Assembly: GCA_009927485.1 (NCBI GenBank)
Contig: RFMW01000160.1
Coordinates: 1-57,677, forward strand
DNA from: Sphingobacteriia bacterium
GTDB taxonomy: Bacteria; Bacteroidota; Bacteroidia; UBA7662
Length of the DNA stretch: 57,677 nt
Direction of reading: 5' to 3'
Both the position numbers and the translations under genes were made by a program. Below are positions 49,764-57,677 of this stretch, piece after piece. Each line of letters starts with the position of its first letter. Position 1 is the stretch's first letter. The notes under the pieces were generated by a model. The model saw nothing but the letters and a program-made list of their open reading frames with translations. It was not told the DNA's origin and searched no databases.

Positions 49764-50732
49764 TCAAGTGACCGGTTGATTTAGGGACTCGTGAATTTGT
49801 GCCAGGGTGACAGGATGGGTACCTGAACGCTCGCAGGCCAAACCACCGCACAAATTGGCTAAGGCGGCCATGTCTTCCGATCCAAGCCCCAAAGCCAAAG
49901 CACAGGCTGCAGCGGCAATGACCGAATCTCCGGCACCGCATACATCGACCACGTTACGGGGATGCCCCTCTTGTCGAAAGAAACCATGCTCGTCCAATAC
50001 GGCAACTCCTTGATCCCCTAAGGTCACCATCAAGATCCTGCACCCCAAACGATCCCTTGCCTCCTGACAAGCTGTTCGCAAGTCATCTCCTTCCAGCGAT
50101 ATTTTCCTTCCCAAGGCCTCGGACAATTCCTTGAGGTTGGGTTTGAACAAATCCACCCCTTGAAATAACCAGAATTGATCTTTTTTGGGATCCACCGCCA
50201 CGGGAACTTTGTATTGCTCACACAAGGATAGGATAGACGGGATATTATGGGGGTTGAAATAGCCTTTTTCGTAATCCTGCAAAACAATGGCTTGGCAATC
50301 GTTCAAGACCTTGCCCAAAACTTCCAATTGCCTTGCCATCAATTCTTCAGAGGCCTTAACTCTGCTTTCGTGATCAACCCGCAAAAGGTGCCTGGAGCCA
50401 TGGAGGTAACGGGTTTTGTGGGTCGTGGGGTATTCGCCCAATTCCATTAGGCCGTGAGCGGCAATGTGATTTTGTTGCAACAAATCCCGAATGATGCTTC
50501 CCTCAGCGTCTTTGCCGATCCATCCGGTAAGTTGAGCATTCCCGCCCAATCCCATGATATTCAAAGCCACATTGGCAGCACCCCCGGCACGGTCTATTCG
50601 ATTTTCCCAATCCAGGACCTCTACTGGAGCCTCGGGGGATTGTCGTCTGACGGTCCCAATGCAATAGGTGTCAAGCATTAAGTCACCAGCAACCGCTACC
50701 TGAATACGGTCAAAGTCAGGAACCTTGATCAA
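49764..50732 (-). CDS. PfkB-family sugar kinase, RfaE domain I-like (D-glycero-beta-D-manno-heptose-7-phosphate kinase)
   Basis: 322 aa with a TTG start. Contains VAVAGDLMLD, GGAANVA and the C-terminal motif VVDVCGAGDSVIAA. Confidence 0.75.
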   Translation of the reverse strand: MIKVPDFDRIQVAVAGDLMLDTYCIGTVRRQSPEAPVEVLDWENRIDRAGGAANVALNIMGLGGNAQLTGWIGKDAEGSIIRDLLQQNHIAAHGLMELGEYPTTHKTRYLHGSRHLLRVDHESRVKASEELMARQLEVLGKVLNDCQAIVLQDYEKGYFNPHNIPSILSLCEQYKVPVAVDPKKDQFWLFQGVDLFKPNLKELSEALGRKISLEGDDLRTACQEARDRLGCRILMVTLGDQGVAVLDEHGFFRQEGHPRNVVDVCGAGDSVIAAAACALALGLGSEDMAALANLCGGLACERSGTHPVTLAQIHESLNQPVT

Positions 50733-51969
50733 GGGAATTTTGGGAAAGTAATTGCTGAAAGGCTAGGCGAATGCGTACCATCGCTTCTTTGATTTGGGCT
50801 TCCGAACAGGCGATGGACAAGCGTATGCATTCCGGCGAGCCAAAGGCGTCTCCGGATACGGTCGCAACCCTTGCCTCTTCCAAGAGGAACTCGGTCAACC
50901 TCTCGGCATTGCCGATGGGTTTGCCCTGCCAGATTGCTCCAAACCAGGTCGAAATGTTGGGAAAAAGGTAAAAGGCGCCGTCTGGCACCGGGCAATCCCA
51001 GCCGGGCAGATCGGCTGTTTCGGCTATTGCCAAATCTCTTCTATCACGAAACGCATCGCACATGCGTTGGGTATCGTGCATGGGGCCTTGGAGGGCGGCC
51101 AGTGCAGCACGCTGCGCAATCGAGCAAGTAGCCGAGGTGAACTGCCCTTGGAGTTTAACGCAGGCCGTGGCCACTTCAAGGGGTGCCACTGCGTAACCCA
51201 ATCGCCACCCGGTCATGGCAAATCCCTTGGACATGCCGTTCACCACGACCGTACGATCGGCCATCCCTGGGCATTGGACCATGCTGCAATGCGATCCTTC
51301 AAAACGTATATGTTCGTAGATCTCGTCCGATACAACCAGAATTCCGGGATGTTTTCGTAACACAGCAGCCCATGCCTCCAACTCCTCCTTTTGAAGGACG
51401 GCACCGCTGGGATTGCAGGGCGACGAATAGAGGAGCATCCTCGTCCGCGGTGTGATGGCCGCTTCCAAAGCCTCTGCGCTGATTTTATAACCGGATTCTG
51501 CACTGGACGGCAGAACCACCGCTTTGGCCTCTGCCATTTGAATCATCCCGGTATAACTCACCCAGTAGGGTGCCGGTAGCAGAACCTCATCCCCTGGATT
51601 GAGCACCGCCAACAGAACATTGATCAAACTCTGTTTCGCTCCTGTGCTGAAAAGAACTTGTTCAGGACTAACCTTCCACTGCAGGACTTGTTCCATCTTG
51701 TGAACCACCGCTTTTCTCAAATCGGCATAACCCGCAACGGGAGTGTAACGCGAATAATTGTCGTGGATGGCTTGACAAGCAGCTTCTTGAATATGCGCCG
51801 GGGTATCAAAATCCGGTTCACCAAGACTCAAATTAATAATTTCAAAACCCTGTTCGGTCAAGGCCCGGCTACGGGCGGCCATGGCCAGGGTCTGGGATTC
51901 TTCCAGTTCAGCAACTCGCTTGGAGGTCCATTGAAGCGGTTCGGCGAAGGGTAAGGGTTGGCTAGGCAT
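50716..51969 (-). CDS. Pyridoxal-phosphate-dependent aminotransferase, class I (aspartate aminotransferase-like)
   Basis: 417 aa. Contains INLSLGEPDFDTP, SPCNPSG and NGMSKGFAMTGWRLGY. It overlaps the downstream kinase gene by 17 nt. Confidence 0.88.
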   Translation of the reverse strand: MPSQPLPFAEPLQWTSKRVAELEESQTLAMAARSRALTEQGFEIINLSLGEPDFDTPAHIQEAACQAIHDNYSRYTPVAGYADLRKAVVHKMEQVLQWKVSPEQVLFSTGAKQSLINVLLAVLNPGDEVLLPAPYWVSYTGMIQMAEAKAVVLPSSAESGYKISAEALEAAITPRTRMLLYSSPCNPSGAVLQKEELEAWAAVLRKHPGILVVSDEIYEHIRFEGSHCSMVQCPGMADRTVVVNGMSKGFAMTGWRLGYAVAPLEVATACVKLQGQFTSATCSIAQRAALAALQGPMHDTQRMCDAFRDRRDLAIAETADLPGWDCPVPDGAFYLFPNISTWFGAIWQGKPIGNAERLTEFLLEEARVATVSGDAFGSPECIRLSIACSEAQIKEAMVRIRLAFQQLLSQNSLDQGS

Positions 51970-51992
51970 TGCTCAAAGACATTGCTCAAAGA
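51967..51992. repeat. Perfect 13-nt tandem duplication spanning the aminotransferase start and the ung stop
   Basis: cattgctcaaaga occurs at 51967-51979 and again at 51980-51992. Confidence 0.95.
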
Positions 51993-52705
51993 TAGGATGA
52001 GAGAAAGCGATTGGCCTTGGAAAAGTGCCTGCAATTGAGGAATCCCCGATAAGCTGAGAGGGGTGAAGGGTGGGGAGCGGTAAGCATAAGATGATGAACA
52101 GAGGCTTCTGGGGTAAGTTGGCCTGCATGATGCCTTTGAGCTTCCTTGCCCCAAAGCATCCATACAAGGCCTTGCCGGGAAGACTGCAAAGTATGGATGA
52201 CGTATTCGGTCCACAGTGACCATCCCCAAGACCGGTGAGCGCCCGGACAGCCATCTTCCACGGTGAGTACATCATTCATCAGAAGAACACCCTGCCCAGC
52301 CCAGGCTTCCAGATCACCTCTGCCCCAATCAACCGGACCGTTCATAAGGGATTCCAAGCCTTCGCTTCGGCATGCAAGCCGGTCATTTTCGAGAGCTTTT
52401 TGAATATTGCGTAAAGAGGGGGGAGGGTCTTGACTCTGATCCACCGCAAAGGCCAAACCGTTTGCCTGATGTGGCCCATGGTAAGGATCTTGGCCCAGAA
52501 TCACCACCCGTACCGCCTCGGGCTGCACGAGTTCGAAAGCCCTGAACAAGCGTGATGAATGAGGGTAGATTTTCTTCCCGGCGTCCAGGGCTTGGCAAAG
52601 ATTTCCCAAAGGCTTTCGGAGCAGGTTCATGCCCGGGTTTCCAAGGAAATTATCCCAAGATGGGGGGAAGATGATTTCTGGAAATGAACGCGTCAGTTCA
52701 ATCAC
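51986..52705 (-). CDS. ung: Uracil-DNA glycosylase (family 1)
   Basis: 239 aa with a GTG start. Contains VILGQDPYHGPHQANGLAFAV, GVLLMN and APHPSPLSA. Confidence 0.92.
   Translation of the reverse strand: MIELTRSFPEIIFPPSWDNFLGNPGMNLLRKPLGNLCQALDAGKKIYPHSSRLFRAFELVQPEAVRVVILGQDPYHGPHQANGLAFAVDQSQDPPPSLRNIQKALENDRLACRSEGLESLMNGPVDWGRGDLEAWAGQGVLLMNDVLTVEDGCPGAHRSWGWSLWTEYVIHTLQSSRQGLVWMLWGKEAQRHHAGQLTPEASVHHLMLTAPHPSPLSAYRGFLNCRHFSKANRFLSSYL
51987..51994 (-). promoter_or_regulatory. Candidate sigma-A -7 box (TATCTTTG) for the aminotransferase gene, embedded in the ung 3' end
   Basis: The plus strand reads caaagata. The box ends 17 nt upstream of the ATG at 51969. Confidence 0.35.
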
Positions 52706-52730
52706 GGAATAATCAGCTTGTGTTAGCGGA

Positions 52731-54257
52731 TTAGAAAGGAGGGGCCTCGCTTTCCATATCGTTTAACCGCGAAGGAAAGGTTTGTTCTCCACCACCGTAG
52801 GGGTCTTTGGGTTCGTGCGGGTCGCGACGACCCAAGGCTGTATCATGGCCTCCCCCAAAGGGCCCTGGGTTGACAAATCGGGCAAAGCGCTCTTGGAAGC
52901 GCAAATCAATTTCGCCGGTTTGGCCGTTACGGTGCTTGGCAACAATGATTTGTGCCTGATCTGGATACGATTCCCCCTCCATCTTGTAGTAGTCGGGTCG
53001 GTAAATGAACATGACCATGTCGGCATCTTGTTCAATGGCCCCGGATTCACGTAAGTCGGATAACATTGGTTTTTTGTTACCACCGCGGACTTCGACCTGT
53101 CGGCTTAACTGACTCAAGGCAATCACAGGGATATCAAGCTCCTTGGCCAAGGCTTTCAGGCCTCGGGAAATGGAGGCGATGACCTGTTCGCGGTTCATTC
53201 CGGAGGCATCGTTGGAGCCACCGCCCATCAATTGGAGGTAGTCGATCACAATAAGTTGTATATTGTGTTGCGATTTCAGGCGTCTCGCTTTGGCACGAAG
53301 TTCAAAGAGGGTTAGTTGGGGCGTATCGTCAATGAACAGCGGGGCCCGGGTCAAGCTATCCGTTCTGCTGGTCAATTGAATCCACTCGTGGTTGGCAAGT
53401 TTACCCTTTTTGAGTTTTTCGCCCTCAATTTCTGTTTCGGCGGCAAGCAATCGGTTGATCAATTCAATCCCGGACATTTCAAGGGAAAAGAAGGCCACCC
53501 CTTGCTGGTAGTCCACTGCAGCATTACGGGCAAGTCCAAGGACAAATGCCGTCTTACCCATACCCGGTCTGGCGGCGATAATGTTAAGGCTACCCCTTTG
53601 CCAACCGGAGGTTAGCCGATCCAAGGCGGTAAACCCGGAAGGGATTCCCGATAAGCCATCGCCTTGCTTGGAAATAGCTTCGATTTGCTTAATGGCTTTC
53701 TGCACCAGGTTCTGAATGCCATCTCCGTTACGACGTATGTTACGGTCTGCGATTCCAAAGAGGCGGGTTTCGCAACGGTCCAGCAATTCGAAAACATCAA
53801 CGGTATCATCGAAGGCTTCGGTCCCCATCTCGCCTGAAAGGTGAATGAGTTCCCGGAGGATGAATTTCTCCAGGAGTAGTCGAGCGTGGAATTCAATGTT
53901 GGCTGCGGAACTGACCCTGTTGGTGAGTTCGGTGAGGTAATAGGGACCGCCAATTTCTTCAAGGCGTCCAATGGACCTTAGTTCTTGGGTTACCGTGAGC
54001 AGATCCACAGGTTCGGATTTCTCGAAGAGGGATCGAACGGCTTCGAAAGTCCATCGGTTTTTGTCGTGGTAGAACACCTCGGGATGGAGCAGGTCGATGA
54101 CCTGGGACAAGGCTTCTTTTTCGAGCATAAGGGCTCCCAGAACAGCCTGCTCAATCTCGATGGCTTGCGGTGGTATTTTTCCCATCCCCATCGGAAGAGG
54201 GTTGAGATTGCCACGGGTTAGACCGCGTTTCTTGAGCATGTAGTTCGAACTTTCCAT
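52731..54257 (-). CDS. dnaB: Replicative DNA helicase
   Basis: 508 aa. Contains PPQAIEIEQAVLGALM, ARPGMGKTAF, FSLEMS and VIALSQLSRQVE. It carries a Gly/Pro-rich C-terminal tail. Confidence 0.95.
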   Translation of the reverse strand: MESSNYMLKKRGLTRGNLNPLPMGMGKIPPQAIEIEQAVLGALMLEKEALSQVIDLLHPEVFYHDKNRWTFEAVRSLFEKSEPVDLLTVTQELRSIGRLEEIGGPYYLTELTNRVSSAANIEFHARLLLEKFILRELIHLSGEMGTEAFDDTVDVFELLDRCETRLFGIADRNIRRNGDGIQNLVQKAIKQIEAISKQGDGLSGIPSGFTALDRLTSGWQRGSLNIIAARPGMGKTAFVLGLARNAAVDYQQGVAFFSLEMSGIELINRLLAAETEIEGEKLKKGKLANHEWIQLTSRTDSLTRAPLFIDDTPQLTLFELRAKARRLKSQHNIQLIVIDYLQLMGGGSNDASGMNREQVIASISRGLKALAKELDIPVIALSQLSRQVEVRGGNKKPMLSDLRESGAIEQDADMVMFIYRPDYYKMEGESYPDQAQIIVAKHRNGQTGEIDLRFQERFARFVNPGPFGGGHDTALGRRDPHEPKDPYGGGEQTFPSRLNDMESEAPPF

Positions 54258-54362
54258 GCCACAAACTTAATCTTTTCTTCAAGGTTGTTTTTTGTTATTT
54301 CCATTTCTTTTAAGGGATTCATTCCACAAACTGACTTTGAAGGTGAACAAATGGCCCTTGGC

Positions 54363-54371
54363 CGTGGATAA
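54363..54371 (-). promoter_or_regulatory. Near-consensus DnaA box (TTATCCACg, 8/9)
   Basis: The plus strand reads cgtggataa. It has the same orientation as the perfect box 42 nt downstream. Confidence 0.35.
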
Positions 54372-54404
54372 TCCATTGAAACCAGTTCAAAACGGCTTTA
54401 ATCT

Positions 54405-54413
54405 TGTGGATAA
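54405..54413 (-). promoter_or_regulatory. Perfect DnaA box (TTATCCACA on the minus strand)
   Basis: The plus strand reads tgtggataa. It lies in the 213-nt intergenic region between dnaB and the FAD-dependent protein gene. Confidence 0.45.
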
Positions 54414-54470
54414 CCCTGCTTTAACGGCATGTGCTCACCGAGGGCCTTTGGGATGCAATTTTGGGTCAAA

Positions 54471-56081
54471 ATGAGTGTTCACGAAATATATCTGGATCCT
54501 GCAGAGGCCTATGCCCCCCATACGCTGGGCTATCCCAACCTTCAAGCGCTTATGGAGGATCGGTATGCTTCCGAGATTTCAGGGGGCTTGACCATTTTAC
54601 GCCGCAGCTTGGACGCCAGAGGGTCAGGGGCCAGGGCTTTGATACGATTTACTTCTTCTTCAAGCATTGAGGCCAGCAAGGGCCGTGGACATCCCTTTGT
54701 TCCTCAGCAATTAGGGCCCAATGCTCCTGAATTGCACATCATAGGGGCTGGCCCATCAGGGATTTTTGCGGCATTGCGTTGTTTGGAATATGGTTGGCGT
54801 CCAATTGTTTTGGAAAGGGGCCAGGCCATCCGAGAGCGCCGTCGTGATGTCGCCTTATTAAGCCGGGAAGGTCATCTAAATACGGACTCCAATTACTGTT
54901 TTGGAGAGGGCGGGGCCGGTACGTTCAGCGACGGGAAGTTGTACACGCGCTCCAACAAAAGAGGGGATATTGACTCGGTCCTTCGTTTGTTGATCGAATT
55001 GGGTGCTCCCCCGGAAATTGCTTATGAAGCGCACCCGCACATTGGGACCAACAAATTACCGGCCCTTATCCAAACGGCCAGGCAGTGGATAGAAGCTGCA
55101 GGCGGATGTTTTCGTTTTGGCAGCAGGGTAGAGGACCTTGATATCGATAAGTCCGGGATCAAAGCCCTGGTCCTGCAGGATGGTCAACGAATACCCTTGG
55201 ACTACATGATGCTGTGCACAGGTCACTCGGCAAGAGATGTCTATGAAATGCTGGATCGTTGCGGCTTAAGCTTGGAACCCAAAGCCCTTGCCATGGGGGT
55301 TCGGCTGGAACATCCCCAAGAGCTCGTCAACAAGTGGAGGTACAGACTTCGAAGCGAAACACCGCAGCATTGGCCTGTAGCCTCATATTCCGTGGTGGAA
55401 CAGGTTAGGGGCAAGGGGGTCTACTCGTTCTGCATGTGCCCCGGGGGTGTTATGGCTCCTTGCGCTACCGACCCCACCCAAGTCGTCACCAACGGTTGGT
55501 CTCCAAGCCGCCGCAACAACGGCACGGCCAATTCAGGCTGGGTCACCGAAATTGGTTTGGCGGATGTGCCTTTGGACAAAGCCAGGCCTGCATTCTCCCT
55601 TTTGAATTTTCAACAAAGCATCGAAAGGCGAGCGGCAGAAATGGGTGGCGGGCATCAATGGGCCCCTGCTCAACGCCTCCATGACTTTGCAAACCTACCC
55701 GGGTCAGGGGTCAAGGCGGTGGATTCGCGTTCCCTGGCTGCTTGCAGTTATAGGCCCGGAATCACCCCAAGTCCCCTCAATGCCCTGTATCCTGCGGAGA
55801 TCCAAAGTCGCCTCGCCGCAGGTTTGCACCAATGGGCCAAGCGATGGCCAGCCTTAATGACCACGGACGCTGTGGTGGCAGGGCCGGAATCCCGAACATC
55901 ATCTCCGATCCGAATACCTCGCTTAGATGACCTCTTGCACCACCCTCAATGTGCCAATTTGTTTCCGGTTGGGGAGGGTGCCGGTTATGCAGGCGGTATC
56001 ATGAGCGCCATTCTTGATGCACGCCGTTCGGTGGATGCCTTGATTCAACAGTCAACCAAGGCAGGCTCATCTACGCAATAG
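54471..56081 (+). CDS. FAD-dependent protein of unknown function (COG2509-like NAD(P)/FAD-dependent oxidoreductase)
   Basis: Dinucleotide-binding motif IIGAGPSGIFAA, followed by GGAGTFSDGKL and GEGAGYAGGI. The ATG at 54471 is preferred over the ATG at 54429. Confidence 0.75.
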   Translation: MSVHEIYLDPAEAYAPHTLGYPNLQALMEDRYASEISGGLTILRRSLDARGSGARALIRFTSSSSIEASKGRGHPFVPQQLGPNAPELHIIGAGPSGIFAALRCLEYGWRPIVLERGQAIRERRRDVALLSREGHLNTDSNYCFGEGGAGTFSDGKLYTRSNKRGDIDSVLRLLIELGAPPEIAYEAHPHIGTNKLPALIQTARQWIEAAGGCFRFGSRVEDLDIDKSGIKALVLQDGQRIPLDYMMLCTGHSARDVYEMLDRCGLSLEPKALAMGVRLEHPQELVNKWRYRLRSETPQHWPVASYSVVEQVRGKGVYSFCMCPGGVMAPCATDPTQVVTNGWSPSRRNNGTANSGWVTEIGLADVPLDKARPAFSLLNFQQSIERRAAEMGGGHQWAPAQRLHDFANLPGSGVKAVDSRSLAACSYRPGITPSPLNALYPAEIQSRLAAGLHQWAKRWPALMTTDAVVAGPESRTSSPIRIPRLDDLLHHPQCANLFPVGEGAGYAGGIMSAILDARRSVDALIQQSTKAGSSTQ

Positions 56082-56133
56082 GTCACTTTTGTTCTGCTCA
56101 AATTGTTTTGTTCACCTGCGTAAATTCGGCCTC

Positions 56134-56496
56134 ATGAAGGTATTGGTCCTGGGTGCATCCTCCAAACCAGAGCGTTACGCCTACATGGCTGCTGAACGCT
56201 TGCAGGCCGCCGGGCATGATTGTTATCTTCTTGGGGCCAGGTCAGGACAAGTTGGCCCGCAAACCTTATGGACTGAATGGCCGGATCCGGAGACCTTCAT
56301 TCCCGAAACCGTAACCCTTTATATGGGTCCAGAGGCCCAAAAGGCTTACCATGATAAGTTGCTTCACTGCGGCACCAAGCGGGTGATTTTCAACCCAGGC
56401 ACTGAAAATCAAGCCTTTGAAACACTCCTCATGGGGCAAGGCATAGAGGTTTTGAGAGCATGCACCTTGGTCATGTTGGCAACAGGGACTTTTTGA
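56134..56496 (+). CDS. CoA-binding domain protein (YccU-like)
   Basis: 120 aa. Contains MKVLVLGASSKPERYAYMAAERL, VIFNPGTEN and ACTLVML. Confidence 0.75.
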   Translation: MKVLVLGASSKPERYAYMAAERLQAAGHDCYLLGARSGQVGPQTLWTEWPDPETFIPETVTLYMGPEAQKAYHDKLLHCGTKRVIFNPGTENQAFETLLMGQGIEVLRACTLVMLATGTF

Positions 56497-56504
56497 GCAA
56501 GTAT

Positions 56505-56513
56505 TTATCCACA
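56505..56513 (+). promoter_or_regulatory. Perfect DnaA box (TTATCCACA) upstream of the rrn promoters
   Basis: Read directly from the sequence. It begins 9 nt after the upstream stop codon and ends 37 nt before the P1 -7 box. Confidence 0.45.
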
Positions 56514-56529
56514 TTTTAGCCTCATTTGA

Positions 56530-56558
56530 TTGTTTTTGGGCCGATTTTCTTACTTTTG
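56530..56558 (+). promoter_or_regulatory. Candidate rrn promoter P1 (TTG-N18-TACTTTTG)
   Basis: TTG at 56530-56532 and TACTTTTG at 56551-56558. Confidence 0.4.
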
Positions 56559-56666
56559 TCGTCCCCAAAAACGGGAGAGTCGAGGGTAATCCTTTAATTT
56601 CAGGCTCAAACGTTTTTATTTAAAAAAAATCTTGATTTAAGGGTCGCAAACAAGATTTTCGGGTTT

Positions 56667-56674
56667 TACCTTTG
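56667..56674 (+). promoter_or_regulatory. Candidate rrn promoter P2 -7 box (TACCTTTG, followed by CG), preceded by an A/T-rich tract
   Basis: TACCTTTGCG. An A/T-rich tract, cgtttttatttaaaaaaaatcttgatttaa, lies at about 56611-56640 and could act as an UP-like element. Confidence 0.45.
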
Positions 56675-56684
56675 CGTCCGCTTT

Positions 56685-56716
56685 GCCCAAGAGCATTTGG
56701 GCTTTGTTCTTTGACA
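56685..56716 (+). promoter_or_regulatory. rrn leader antitermination-like elements: a boxB-like hairpin and a boxA-like sequence
   Basis: The hairpin is gcccaa (56685-56690) paired with ttgggc (56697-56702). TGTTCTTTGACA at 56705-56716 resembles boxA (TGCTCTTTAACA). Confidence 0.5.
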
Positions 56717-56812
56717 TACTGAATACCAAAGTAAGGAATGCGTCCGTCCGTGAGGATGACGCGCTTCCCCCAAGATTCACAAGAAGACAATAATTTAATT
56801 TTTTGATTACAT

Positions 56813-57677
<865 letters not shown>

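Overview
This 57.7 kb window is a densely packed, housekeeping stretch of a Bacteroidota chromosome. The taxon call rests on three things: a partial 16S rRNA gene with Bacteroidota-type sequence at the 3' end, recurrent TAnnTTTG -7 promoter boxes, and a short 288 aa primary sigma factor together with DUF1573, DUF3127 and DUF2795 genes.

I support about 51 protein-coding genes. They include:
- clpC (3' part), tpiA, prmA and clpS
- a fused E1 alpha/beta 2-oxoacid dehydrogenase, and an E2 acyltransferase elsewhere in the window
- a complete sufBCDS operon ending in a SufE-DUF59 fusion
- rnr, comEC, fbaB-accD, rpsO-pnp, rpoD, prfC, hppA, trpS, plsC-gatC, queA, trkH, ung and dnaB

I found no transposase, integrase, tRNA, CRISPR array, recognisable defence system or biosynthetic cluster. 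Honestly read, this is core genome rather than an accessory island.

The observations most worth a second look are:
1. A DUF3127 OB-like protein with a disordered linker and an SSB-like acidic ...DDMPF tip. It sits 11 nt upstream of a DEDDh exonuclease and has a perfect DnaA box in its upstream region.
2. Three perfect TTATCCACA DnaA boxes, all in intergenic DNA. Two lie within 2.1 kb around dnaB and the rrn promoter, at a gene-strand switch with an AT-rich tract, which makes this a candidate oriC or DnaA-regulated region.
3. Three short perfect or near-perfect tandem duplications (13, 17 and 19 nt units) placed exactly at gene boundaries.
4. A strongly recurring extended -7 promoter box, TATCTTTG(CG).
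5. A tandem-repeat-encoded Arg/Pro/Asp/Glu tail on PNPase.

All functional calls come from reading the translated ORFs by eye. No database search was run.
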